NCBI GenBank assembly: GCA_037380845.1
Contig: JARRRI010000058.1
Span: 4,472-29,221, forward strand
Source of the DNA: Candidatus Sulfobium sp.
Lineage (GTDB): Bacteria > Nitrospirota > Thermodesulfovibrionia > Thermodesulfovibrionales > UBA6898
Length of the DNA stretch: 24,750 nucleotides
Reading direction: 5' to 3'
Notes under the pieces: model-generated
What the model saw: only the letters and a program-made list of their open reading frames with translations
Told to the model about the DNA's origin: nothing
Databases searched by the model: none
Shown: in pieces, positions 1-8,406 of the stretch
How positions within the stretch are numbered: position 1 is the stretch's first letter
Layout of the letters: each line of letters opens with the position of its first letter
Translations under genes and position numbers: made by a program

Positions 1-2
1 TT

Positions 3-317
3 GACTCGGTGGCATCGAAAATGGACAGGATTTCAAATCTTATCAAGTATGCCGAACGGGGATACAGCGGGATATTTGATATTCACAGGGTGGATAAGCA
101 GAAACTCGACAAGCTCTATTCGTTTGACCTTGCCCTCTTCGATGAGATCGAGACGTTAAAAGTGGCATTGGAGAGCCTCAGGGACGACCCGTCTTCCGAC
201 CGGTCTGCGGCAGAAGAAAGGGTCCGGAAGCTTGACGATGCGATAGAAGGATTCGGAAACAAGTTTGCAGTCAGGCTTGATCTATTAAAATCCGCGCCAG
301 GAGAAGATAATGTCTGA
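3..317 (+). CDS. Hypothetical helical/coiled-coil protein, 5'-truncated by the window edge; first gene of the SPFH operon
   Basis: The frame is open from the window start. The motif GYSGIFD...LDKLYSFD and amphipathic helices match an uncharacterised family I recall next to SPFH/zinc-ribbon genes. The stop overlaps the next start. Confidence 0.75.
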   Translation, partial: DSVASKMDRISNLIKYAERGYSGIFDIHRVDKQKLDKLYSFDLALFDEIETLKVALESLRDDPSSDRSAAEERVRKLDDAIEGFGNKFAVRLDLLKSAPGEDNV

Positions 318-1458
318 ATTCATGGAGGTCATCGAGTGGTTTGACAGGACGGGTCAGGAGATTGTGCACCGCTATCCGGAAGAGGGCTCTGCAGCTATAA
401 AATTCGGCGGCCAGCTGATCGTACGGGAAAACCAGGCAGCGGTTTTTTTCAGAGACGGCAAGGGACTGGACGTGGTCGGCCCGGGAAGGCATACCATCTC
501 CACGCAGAACCTGCCCATCCTCACAAAGGTCTTCTCGCTGCCCTGGGGATTCACCAGCCCTTTCAGGGCTGAGGTTTATTTCGTCAACCTTAAGGTCTTC
601 ACTAACATGCGGTGGGGTACCAGAGACCCGGTGGCCTTCAAAGACGAAAAGTTCGGTCTCATCCGTCTCCGGGCGTTCGGTACGTTCACGATGCAGGTGA
701 CTCAGCCCCTTCTGTTTATCAATACCCTCGTTGGCACGCAGGGGACTTTCGAGACATCGAATGTTGAAGACTACCTCAGAGATGTCATCGTCTCAAGGCT
801 AAACGATTTCCTGGGGGAAAAGGTCGACAGTCTCGTGAACCTTCCGGAATATTATGATGAGCTGGCAGTTGCCGTGAAGACCCGGCTCACCGAGGACTTC
901 CGCAAGTACGGCATGGAGATGGTCGATTTTTACATAAACCGTATCACGCCTCCGGAAGACGTTCAGAAAATGATCGACGAAAGATCCGGCATGGCGGCTG
1001 TGGGGAACCTGGACGACTTTCTCAAGTATAAGGCCGCCAAGGCCCTTGGAGACGCCGCCGCTTCCGGGGCTGGATTGCCCGGGGGAGGCACAGCAGCAGA
1101 GGGCATGGGTCTTGGAGTGGGAGCGGGTCTCGGCATGATGATACCGGGCATGCTTTATAAGGTATTGGGGAACGGGGACCCTACACCGGAAAAAATCGCC
1201 AGGAAAGGGACCGTCAACTGTCCTTCATGTCACGGAGATGTTCCTCTAAACAGCCGCTTTTGCCCGCATTGCGGCCACCAGATGGTCGTGATCAGGAAAT
1301 GTCCCAGATGCAACCGGGACCTTGACGCGGCGGACAGGTTCTGCCCCTCCTGCGGCCTGGACCTCAGCACTGAATTGCGGTGTGGAAACTGTAATGCCAA
1401 ACTGCCGCCCGGGACAAAATTCTGCCTGAACTGCGGAGAAAAAGTCTCGGATGGGTAA
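310..1458 (+). CDS. SPFH/band-7 domain protein (YdjI-like) with three C-terminal double zinc ribbons
   Basis: 382 aa. SPFH signatures [37 protein letters not shown] and WGT. Gly/Ala/Met-rich linker ([13 protein letters not shown]). Six CxxC motifs: CPSC/CPHC, CPRC/CPSC, CGNC/CLNC. GGAG lies upstream. Confidence 0.9.
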   Translation: MSEFMEVIEWFDRTGQEIVHRYPEEGSAAIKFGGQLIVRENQAAVFFRDGKGLDVVGPGRHTISTQNLPILTKVFSLPWGFTSPFRAEVYFVNLKVFTNMRWGTRDPVAFKDEKFGLIRLRAFGTFTMQVTQPLLFINTLVGTQGTFETSNVEDYLRDVIVSRLNDFLGEKVDSLVNLPEYYDELAVAVKTRLTEDFRKYGMEMVDFYINRITPPEDVQKMIDERSGMAAVGNLDDFLKYKAAKALGDAAASGAGLPGGGTAAEGMGLGVGAGLGMMIPGMLYKVLGNGDPTPEKIARKGTVNCPSCHGDVPLNSRFCPHCGHQMVVIRKCPRCNRDLDAADRFCPSCGLDLSTELRCGNCNAKLPPGTKFCLNCGEKVSDG

Positions 1459-1495
1459 TGCGGAATGTTTATCGAAGTCTATTAAGAAATCCGAA

Positions 1496-1533
1496 ATCAT
1501 AACTACCCTTGCTCCCTCTTATCTTAAGAGGGA
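1496..1533. repeat. Small palindromic intergenic element (TCCCTCTTA-tct-TAAGAGGGA hairpin)
   Basis: Perfect 9-bp stem at 1513-1521/1525-1533, preceded by ATCATAAC. A related element lies at 10124-10222. Confidence 0.7.
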
Positions 1534-1557
1534 TTACCGAAAACCGGGACTCAAGCC

Positions 1558-3126
1558 GTGAACCGCGTTGTTGTTGCGACGGATTGTCCTTCGTGCGGGG
1601 CGCCTCTCGATTTCGAAGAGGGGTCCAATGCCGTCACCTGCGGTCACTGCGGGTCAAACCTCCTCGTCACGGGAAGAAAACAACTGCTCAGTTATTCGGT
1701 ATCTCCGAAACTGAGCGAACGCCGTGCCGTCGCACTTGCGGTGATGGCACAGAGGAACGCCGGACGCAGCGATTTTTGCGGAACGAAGGCGCGGCTTTAT
1801 TTTGTCCCCTACTACAGGATGACGGGTCAGGACTTTTCGTGGGAAAAACCTCAGTCACGGGTGAAGCCGGACGAAGGGTGCTCCGGAGAGATAGAACCGT
1901 CTGCCTTCGGATGGTCCACGCTGGGGAAAACCGGCACTTCCACATTCGGAGGATGGTCTTCGATCTTCGACGCAGGGGAGGAGTTGATGGAATCTCTCTT
2001 CGAACGGGCCTTGGGGATACACTCCGAAACCGCTAGGGACTTCGGCTTCACAACTGGTGAGAACGGGGCGGGCAGTCACCGGTCGTCTGCAGAAAAGGTT
2101 TTCGCCGGCAAGAACCACGGGAAGGCTTACAGGGGCTCTCTTTACGAAAACGGGGATGTCCTTTTGAATGACAGATATATTGAAAAGAATTTCCTGGCCT
2201 GCGACCTTCACGGGGTCGGTCTCTATTCTCTCGGTGTAAGGCCGGCCGTTCTCAGACTTGAACTCTTCAATCCGGCCGTTCTGAAGGCCTTGGGGAAAAT
2301 CGTACATCCCGCCATGGGGCCGGATGATGCCGAATCTGTCGGTTTGAAGACGGCGCCGGACAGGCAAATCCTGTACCGCAAGGTCATCGGCAAAATCCTC
2401 TCCCTCGTCTATTTCCCTTTCTGGTTCGTGGAAATGGAAAGCAGTGGCACGTCGCTTGTAACCGTGATAGACGCGGTATCAGAGTCGGTTGTTAAAGTGG
2501 ACGCCCCCGTGTCCGTATACGAAACCCTGGACAGGGAGTTCAGGGACACACCCAGGATTGTCGGTTTCCGGCCTCTCACCTGTCCCAACTGCGGCTGGGA
2601 TTTTCCCGTGAGAAAAGACAATACTATTTTCTTCTGCAGGACCTGCAGCAGGGCATGGCAGATCTGCGGAAGTGAGCTAAGCGGGATTCCTTACCAGGTC
2701 GCCGACGCGGTGCAACCCGATGAAACCTGTAGTGTGCAACACCTTCCTTTCTGGGTGTTGCATCAAGAACAGAAAGGGTCCCGGGACTTCAGGTTCTTCA
2801 TGCCGGCCTTTCGTTATCGCAGACTTAAATTCCTCCTGGACGTCGGGCTGAAAATATCCAGACTTCAGCCCTCCTATAAGGTCCGCCGGTTAAAAGACCT
2901 TGAGCTCTCCGGATGTTACTATGACGCAGACGACGCGCTGCTGCTGGCCCAATTCGTCAAGGCCGTTCTGGACGCACCAGGAGCAGGAGAGTTGCATAAA
3001 AATGCTGCGGCGGCGTTACCTCTCTCCGGAGCACTGCTCACGTGGGTACCGTTCCTCATTAATGGGGCATACCTTTCCTCGCCCTTCGGGAAAATATCCA
3101 TACCCAGAAACCTTCTTCTGCAGTAA
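1558..3126 (+). CDS. Zinc-ribbon protein with two YdjG-like modules
   Basis: 522 aa, GTG start. CPSCGAPL...CGHCGS at the N-terminus and CPNCGWDF...CRTC internally, each followed by aromatic-Pro motifs (LYFVPYY, LVYFPFW; HLPFW, LTWVPF). Confidence 0.75.
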   Translation: MNRVVVATDCPSCGAPLDFEEGSNAVTCGHCGSNLLVTGRKQLLSYSVSPKLSERRAVALAVMAQRNAGRSDFCGTKARLYFVPYYRMTGQDFSWEKPQSRVKPDEGCSGEIEPSAFGWSTLGKTGTSTFGGWSSIFDAGEELMESLFERALGIHSETARDFGFTTGENGAGSHRSSAEKVFAGKNHGKAYRGSLYENGDVLLNDRYIEKNFLACDLHGVGLYSLGVRPAVLRLELFNPAVLKALGKIVHPAMGPDDAESVGLKTAPDRQILYRKVIGKILSLVYFPFWFVEMESSGTSLVTVIDAVSESVVKVDAPVSVYETLDREFRDTPRIVGFRPLTCPNCGWDFPVRKDNTIFFCRTCSRAWQICGSELSGIPYQVADAVQPDETCSVQHLPFWVLHQEQKGSRDFRFFMPAFRYRRLKFLLDVGLKISRLQPSYKVRRLKDLELSGCYYDADDALLLAQFVKAVLDAPGAGELHKNAAAALPLSGALLTWVPFLINGAYLSSPFGKISIPRNLLLQ

Positions 3127-3179
3127 TCCTGGAGCAGAGCTCTCCCGATTCGATAAGCCCGACCGAAGGACCGTCCGGT

Positions 3180-6005
3180 TCAGCCAAGATACCGGTCCAT
3201 TATTGCACGAATCTCCTCTCTTTTTTCCTCGAGGTGCCCGGCAAAACCGTCGGCCGCGCCGAAACTCATAAACTCGGCAAGGTCATTAAGTATGCTGCCT
3301 TGCCTCTTCAGCACATTTTCCCCCTTTAGTCTGAGCAGACTCTCGATGGTGCGATAAAAGAGATATGCCTCTTTCAGAGCACGACCGTCGCTTCCGCGTA
3401 TGATTCCGTATTTTTCAAGGCGTTTAATCGCGTCTCTCGTTCCCTGGACCAGTATGGCCGGGTTACTTCCGCATTGACTCAGCTGGAGATATTGGACTGT
3501 AAATTCTATGTCCTCGATACCTCCAGGGCCCAGTTTGATGTCATAGCCCTCGGACTCCTTCGAGAGTTCTTTCAGGATCCTTTCTCTCATCTGCCTGATA
3601 TCCGAACCCGATATTTTTGGACCCTGCGATATCAACACCTGCCTGGCCATGCAGAGAAAGGCCCTTCCTGTTCCCGCACTTCCCGCTACCGGCCTTGCCT
3701 TCAGAAGTGCCTGATACTCCCAGAACGCCGCGGCTCCCGCGTAGTATTCCCGTAAACTCCCGACAGGTGAAACAAGCGGTCCTTTCGATCCTTCAGGACG
3801 CAGCCTCGTGTCGACACTGTAGGCGACGCCCTCGCGCGTATAGGAAATAAGCGCTCTTAAAAATTTTTCAGCCGCTTTTGTATTCGAATCAGCCACTTCC
3901 GCTCCGGCCACAAATATGAGGTCCAGGTCTGAACCGAAAGTGATTTCCCGTCCGCCCAGTTTTCCCAGACCAACGACCGCCATGTCCCGAAAGCCCTCGC
4001 CAACATATCCCGAGCACACTCGCAGTATCCCCTCGGCCGTTCTGCTCAAACCCTTGCTCACCTCCGTGGCATCCACTATTTTCCGAAGGAATAAAAGACC
4101 AAGCCTGATCTCCTCTGCCTTTCTCGCCTGCCTTATTGCGTCGCTGAAAGAACCGCTTTCCTCAACGCCGGCCAGCACCTCTCTGACAATTCCGGATAGG
4201 CTCTTCTTCAGGGTAGTCTGCCACCCTATCATCTCCAGGTACTGAGGTCTGGCCATCAGCATTTTCGACAGGTACCCGCTCTGGGCAAATACATAAGTCA
4301 GCGTGTCCACCAGCCCCCGATCCCCGCTGAACATCTCAAGGTACGACTCATTAAGGCTGAGGAGAGAGGCGAAAGACTGGAGGTGGTTGAGCGCCGCGTC
4401 GGGTTCGTTGCTGTTAAGTGCGGACTCGACAAATTTCGGCAGTATTTCACTCATCAGCCTTCTTCCCCTCAGAGTCTGAAAGGTAAGTGTGCTGTCTTTA
4501 ATGGCCTTGATGTTACGGACGGCCTTTTCCGGATCTTTGACCCCGCTTGCCGAAAGCATCTCCTGCATCTCGGAATCCGAAAGCTCCTCGTCAAAAAAAG
4601 TACCACTTGACGGCGCAGGCGCCGCCTTGTCGGCAAAAAGGGAATCATAGATGTGTCTCACACCAGTCCTTACCTTCTCAAGTTCGGCAATAAAAGCGTT
4701 CCTGTCATGGAACCCCATTTTCCCCCCGAGAGCCTCCTGGTCGGCTTCGCCGGACGGCAGGGTGTGGGTCTGGATGTCGTTGACCTGCTGCAGCCTGTGT
4801 TCGAGTGTCCTGAGAAAGTGATAGCTGCCGGTGAGCACGGAATAATCCGCCTGCCCTATCAATGCCTTCTGCAAAAGACGGTGCAGCGCCCTCAGTGTGC
4901 TCCCCTCTCTCAAAAGCGGCTCCCTGCCCCCGTAAAGGAGCTGCAGCGCCTGGGCAAAAAATTCTATTTCCCTTATTCCGCCGTATCCTCTCTTTATGTC
5001 CCCTTTCTTGAATGTTGTATCAATCTTGGTCTTGAGCTGTCTTATCTCGTCGATCGAGCCGTAATCAAGATATTTTCTATATACAAAAGGTCTGACGGTT
5101 TCCATGAAATCATTCCCGAGCCCCGTTTCGCCAGCGACCGGCCTCGCCCTTATTAACATCGCCCTTTCCCATGCCCTCCCCCATGATTCGTAGTATGTTT
5201 CATAACCCCTGAGGGCAAGCGCAATAGCGCCTCTCTGACCTTCAGGTCTCAACCTCAGATCGACCCTGTATGCGAAACCGTCACCAGTGTTCAGAGACAA
5301 AAAACGGGTCAGGGACTCCCCGAGCTTGCAGTAGTATTCGTGGTTGCTGACCCTGTTCTTCGAGATCCCCTGATTCGTCACGACCCCCTTTGTCTCTCCT
5401 GCTTCGGTCCCGTAGACGAACATGAGGTCCACATCCGAGCTGAAATTCAGTTCTTCCCCGCCGAGCTTGCCGAGTCCGACCACTGAAAAGGCATCATTTT
5501 GCGGAAGACCGTAAACCTCGTTGAGTGAGGCTCTCAACAGGTTAAGAGAATTCCCGATGATGACGTCCGCAAGGCAGCTGAGTTCAAGCATGACGTCGAC
5601 GAGATCGCTCATTCCAAGAATATCTCTCAAGGTGATGCGAAGGATTTCATCCATCCTGAATCTCCTGACTGCGGCCATGTGGGGATCGAGGGGAAGGACG
5701 GGAAAAACTCGACTGCCCCCGCGTTCAGTCACCGCTGACAACTTCTCTTGCAAGACGGAAAACAGTGAGTCCCGGTCCCGCGGGGAATCCATGTCCTTCA
5801 GGATCCGGAAAAGAATGTCGGGGTATGTCACGCAATAGTTGGCCAGGAACTGACTGAAGCTGAAAAGCATGGATACCGGCCTGATGTTATCTTCCAGCTC
5901 ATCAGCCCGCGATGGATTTCCCGAGAGGAAGGACAGGAGGTTGTTGAGTGATCTCGCGGGATCAGGGGTAGCATGGGCGGCTTCCTTCAGAAAATCTTCA
6001 CGCAT
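3180..6005 (-). CDS. glnE: Bifunctional glutamine synthetase adenylyltransferase/adenylyl-removing enzyme
   Basis: 941 aa with two nucleotidyltransferase domains: LGKLGGEELNFSSDVDL...RVDLRLRPEG...WERAMLIRAR and LGKLGGREITFGSDLDL...VDTRLRPEG...WEYQALLKAR. Also DIKRGYGGIREIEF and DIKLGPGGIEDIEF. Confidence 0.97.
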   Translation of the reverse strand: MREDFLKEAAHATPDPARSLNNLLSFLSGNPSRADELEDNIRPVSMLFSFSQFLANYCVTYPDILFRILKDMDSPRDRDSLFSVLQEKLSAVTERGGSRVFPVLPLDPHMAAVRRFRMDEILRITLRDILGMSDLVDVMLELSCLADVIIGNSLNLLRASLNEVYGLPQNDAFSVVGLGKLGGEELNFSSDVDLMFVYGTEAGETKGVVTNQGISKNRVSNHEYYCKLGESLTRFLSLNTGDGFAYRVDLRLRPEGQRGAIALALRGYETYYESWGRAWERAMLIRARPVAGETGLGNDFMETVRPFVYRKYLDYGSIDEIRQLKTKIDTTFKKGDIKRGYGGIREIEFFAQALQLLYGGREPLLREGSTLRALHRLLQKALIGQADYSVLTGSYHFLRTLEHRLQQVNDIQTHTLPSGEADQEALGGKMGFHDRNAFIAELEKVRTGVRHIYDSLFADKAAPAPSSGTFFDEELSDSEMQEMLSASGVKDPEKAVRNIKAIKDSTLTFQTLRGRRLMSEILPKFVESALNSNEPDAALNHLQSFASLLSLNESYLEMFSGDRGLVDTLTYVFAQSGYLSKMLMARPQYLEMIGWQTTLKKSLSGIVREVLAGVEESGSFSDAIRQARKAEEIRLGLLFLRKIVDATEVSKGLSRTAEGILRVCSGYVGEGFRDMAVVGLGKLGGREITFGSDLDLIFVAGAEVADSNTKAAEKFLRALISYTREGVAYSVDTRLRPEGSKGPLVSPVGSLREYYAGAAAFWEYQALLKARPVAGSAGTGRAFLCMARQVLISQGPKISGSDIRQMRERILKELSKESEGYDIKLGPGGIEDIEFTVQYLQLSQCGSNPAILVQGTRDAIKRLEKYGIIRGSDGRALKEAYLFYRTIESLLRLKGENVLKRQGSILNDLAEFMSFGAADGFAGHLEEKREEIRAIMDRYLG

Positions 6006-6012
6006 TACTGAT

Positions 6013-6018
6013 ATGGTA
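6013..6018 (-). promoter_or_regulatory. Putative -10 box (TACCAT) 7 nt upstream of the glnE ATG
   Basis: The minus strand reads TACCAT-atcagta-ATG with no Shine-Dalgarno sequence. The -35 is weak. Confidence 0.4.
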
Positions 6019-6050
6019 CATCATCAAACGGAGAACTGCATTTGAAAACA

Positions 6051-6180
6051 GGACAGAGGACAGAAATTTCCCGCGTAAAGCCGTGAAAAGCTCAAAATTG
6101 AGGAACCGATCTGCAAAAAACTTCAGCTACGGACCGCATTCCCGTATTTCTCTGAGATCTCTGCGGTTTTACGTGAGATA
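6051..6180. repeat. Heptamer doublet plus an imperfect ~28-bp inverted repeat
   Basis: GGACAGA x2 at 6051-6064. 6067-6094 (tttcccgcgtaaagccgtgaaaagctca) is an imperfect reverse complement of 6153-6180 (tgagatctctgcggttttacgtgagata). Confidence 0.55.
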
Positions 6181-6236
6181 TGCCTGTCATTTCATACGAC
6201 ATAACAGGTTGGAGTTCGTTCCGCCGGCCTGACGGG

Positions 6237-7097
6237 TTACCGCCGCCCGGTTTCCCATAGCCTTGGGTCTATTGCATCCCTGATGCCTTCTCCGAGGAGG
6301 TTGTAACCGAGAACAGTAATGAGGATAGCAAGCCCCGGAAATACAGACAGCCACCATGCGATCTCAATGTTGTCCTTCCCCAGGGTCAGGATATTCCCCC
6401 AGCTGGGGGTGGGGGGCTGGACACCTATGCCCAGGAAACTGAGGGCAGATTCGACCAGGACGGCACCCGCGACACCGAGCACGGCAGAAACAAGTACGGG
6501 CGCCATGCTGTTTATCATGATGTGCCTGAAGATGATCCGCATATCGCCGGCGCCTATCGCCCTGGCTGCAAGGACGAATTCCCTCTCCTTCAATGACAGA
6601 AATTCCGCCCGGACAAGTCTGGCCACACTCATCCAGGAGGTCAGGCCGATGACTATCATTATATTCCAGATGCTCGGTCCCACAAAGGCGATAACAGCGA
6701 GTATCAGAAAGAATGTGGGGATGGAAAGCATGATATCGATAAACCTCATGATAATCCTGTCCGTCCAGCCGCCGTAGTATCCGGCAAGAGCGCCGAGTAA
6801 CATGCCGATCAGGCTGGATATGCCCACTGCGACAAAACCTACCGAAAGTGAAATGCGCGCACCGTAGATCATTCTGCTCAGGACATCCCTGCCCAGGTCG
6901 TCCGTTCCAAGGGGATGATTAAAGCCCGGGGCCTCCAGGATATGATGTCTGTCGATATTATCCGGGTTGTAAGGAGAAATAACGGAGGCCAGGATCGCTA
7001 TGAGAAAAAGGGCCGTTACAATGATCCCCCCGGCAACCGCAAGACGGTTACCCTTGAAGCGGTCCCAGAACAGACTCTTCATAGAATGTTGTTTCAC
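6237..7097 (-). CDS. oppC: Oligopeptide/dipeptide ABC transporter permease (OppC/DppC family)
   Basis: HPLGTDDLGRDVLSRMIYGARISL, the EAA-like loop (EFVLAARAIGA), and ESALSFLGIGVQPPTPSWG. GGAGG precedes the GTG; an alternative ATG lies at 7082. Confidence 0.95.
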   Translation of the reverse strand: MKQHSMKSLFWDRFKGNRLAVAGGIIVTALFLIAILASVISPYNPDNIDRHHILEAPGFNHPLGTDDLGRDVLSRMIYGARISLSVGFVAVGISSLIGMLLGALAGYYGGWTDRIIMRFIDIMLSIPTFFLILAVIAFVGPSIWNIMIVIGLTSWMSVARLVRAEFLSLKEREFVLAARAIGAGDMRIIFRHIMINSMAPVLVSAVLGVAGAVLVESALSFLGIGVQPPTPSWGNILTLGKDNIEIAWWLSVFPGLAILITVLGYNLLGEGIRDAIDPRLWETGRR

Positions 7098-7180
7098 CTG
7101 AGTCCTCCCGTTTCCTGACGTTCAGGACACTTCCAGCTGCAGTGCTCATGCACCTCTTCACACAAGTAAGTATTCTCAGC

Positions 7181-7258
7181 CGTCATACCCGCGGAGGCGG
7201 GTATCCAGGTGTCTGTTTTCAAAAAAATGGATTTCCGATTAATACCTCGGGAATGACG
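7181..7258. repeat. REP/RPE-like palindromic element (GTCATNCCCGCG...GGGAATGAC type)
   Basis: cgtcatacccgcggaggcgggtatccag ... tggatttccgattaatacctcgggaatgacg. Terminal inverted repeats CGTCATaCCC/GGGaATGACG, each half forming a hairpin. Confidence 0.85.
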
Positions 7259-7365
7259 CCAGATTGATCCTTCAAGCCTATCACCTGGAATCCTTAATCG
7301 GAAGCCTAAAGTCGGCGACGGATTTCTCATGGGACCCGTCGCACAAAGATTTTCTCCGTGCGGCA

Positions 7366-7406
7366 CTTTGATTTCTGCATTCTGATTTCCGACTTTAAGT
7401 TCTGAC
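7366..7406. repeat. Degenerate 7-bp tandem repeat (TTCTGAY/TTCTGCA family)
   Basis: ctttgat ttctgca ttctgat ttccgac tttaag ttctgac. The same units occur inside uvrA at 12390-12417. Confidence 0.7.
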
Positions 7407-7407
7407 T

Positions 7408-8406
7408 TCATTTCGCCCTTATTCTGGGATCGATTCCCATATACCCGACGTCCGCCATCAGGTTGCCGACCAGCGTCAGCAAAGCTCCTATTGTCAGGAT
7501 ACCCATTACTGTCGGATAATCCCTGGTCATGACGCTCATGTAAAATAGTTGTCCCATCCCCGGGATGCCGAAGATGTTCTCGAATATGACACTCCCCCCG
7601 ATCAGACTGGGTACCGAAAGCCCCAGGAGGGTGATGATCGGCAGCAGGGCATTTCTAGCCGCATGCCGGTAGATGACCGTCCTTTCCGGAAGACCCTTGG
7701 CCCTCGCCACCGTTATATAGTCCTGCCTGATTACCTCCAGCATACTGCTCCGCATGAACCGCGAACCTGCCGCCAGACCGGTAAAGGCCGAGACAAAGAG
7801 GGGGAGGATGAGATGGTCGGTCCTGTCCCATATCTTCCCCGGAAGGGAAAGTGAATCGTAGTCCATCGATTTCAGGCCTGATATTGGGAGCCAGTGGAGA
7901 TAGACGCCGAAGAAGATCATCAGGAGAAGCGCCAGCCAGAACGACGGCGTTGCAAAACCGATGAAGACGGTGGTTGTAGTAACCTTGTCGTAGAGAGAGT
8001 TCTGGCGTACGGCGGATGTTATACCGATGGGGATTGCAACCGCGAAAATGATGACCATTGAAAGTAGGTTGATCATGAACGTAATAAAAAGCCTCCTCTC
8101 AAGAAGGGGCTGATGTGTATCCCAGATCTTCTCCATGACAGGTCTCCTGTCGGACGAGAAGGAGCGGCCGAAATCAAGTTTTACGACCTTTTTCAGCCAG
8201 AGCCAGTACTGGTCCGTTATGGGTTTGTCCAGGTGGTATAGTTTATCGAGCTTCTCCCTCGCCTCAGGAGTGATCTTCGGGTTCATCGCAGTATAGATGT
8301 CGGTGGGCTTGCCCGGCGCCAGATGGATGATGAAGAAGGAGATGAGTGTAATGCCCAACAGCGTGGGGATCATCTCCAGCAGCCGTTTTACAAGGTAGGT
8401 GAGCAT
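7408..8406 (-). CDS. oppB: Oligopeptide/dipeptide ABC transporter permease (OppB/DppB family)
   Basis: [10 protein letters not shown]...[36 protein letters not shown], and RDYPTVMG...DPRIR. Confidence 0.95.
   Translation of the reverse strand: MLTYLVKRLLEMIPTLLGITLISFFIIHLAPGKPTDIYTAMNPKITPEAREKLDKLYHLDKPITDQYWLWLKKVVKLDFGRSFSSDRRPVMEKIWDTHQPLLERRLFITFMINLLSMVIIFAVAIPIGITSAVRQNSLYDKVTTTTVFIGFATPSFWLALLLMIFFGVYLHWLPISGLKSMDYDSLSLPGKIWDRTDHLILPLFVSAFTGLAAGSRFMRSSMLEVIRQDYITVARAKGLPERTVIYRHAARNALLPIITLLGLSVPSLIGGSVIFENIFGIPGMGQLFYMSVMTRDYPTVMGILTIGALLTLVGNLMADVGYMGIDPRIRAK

Larger units (their letters stand above)
7094..7411 (-). other. Repeat-derived 105-aa ORF bridging oppB and oppC (coding status uncertain)
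   Basis: ATGA overlap with the oppB stop and GTGA overlap with the oppC start. It translates heptamer repeats (SELKVGNQNAEIK) and a REP element (WIPASAGMT). Confidence 0.25.

Noticed and set aside
1509..2036. 175-aa overlapping + strand ORF
   Set aside because: Alternative frame of the zinc-ribbon gene that starts inside a palindromic repeat; no motif support.
3919..5480. Two similar segments in glnE (~3919-3975 and ~5426-5480)
   Set aside because: Expected from the two homologous nucleotidyltransferase domains of GlnE.
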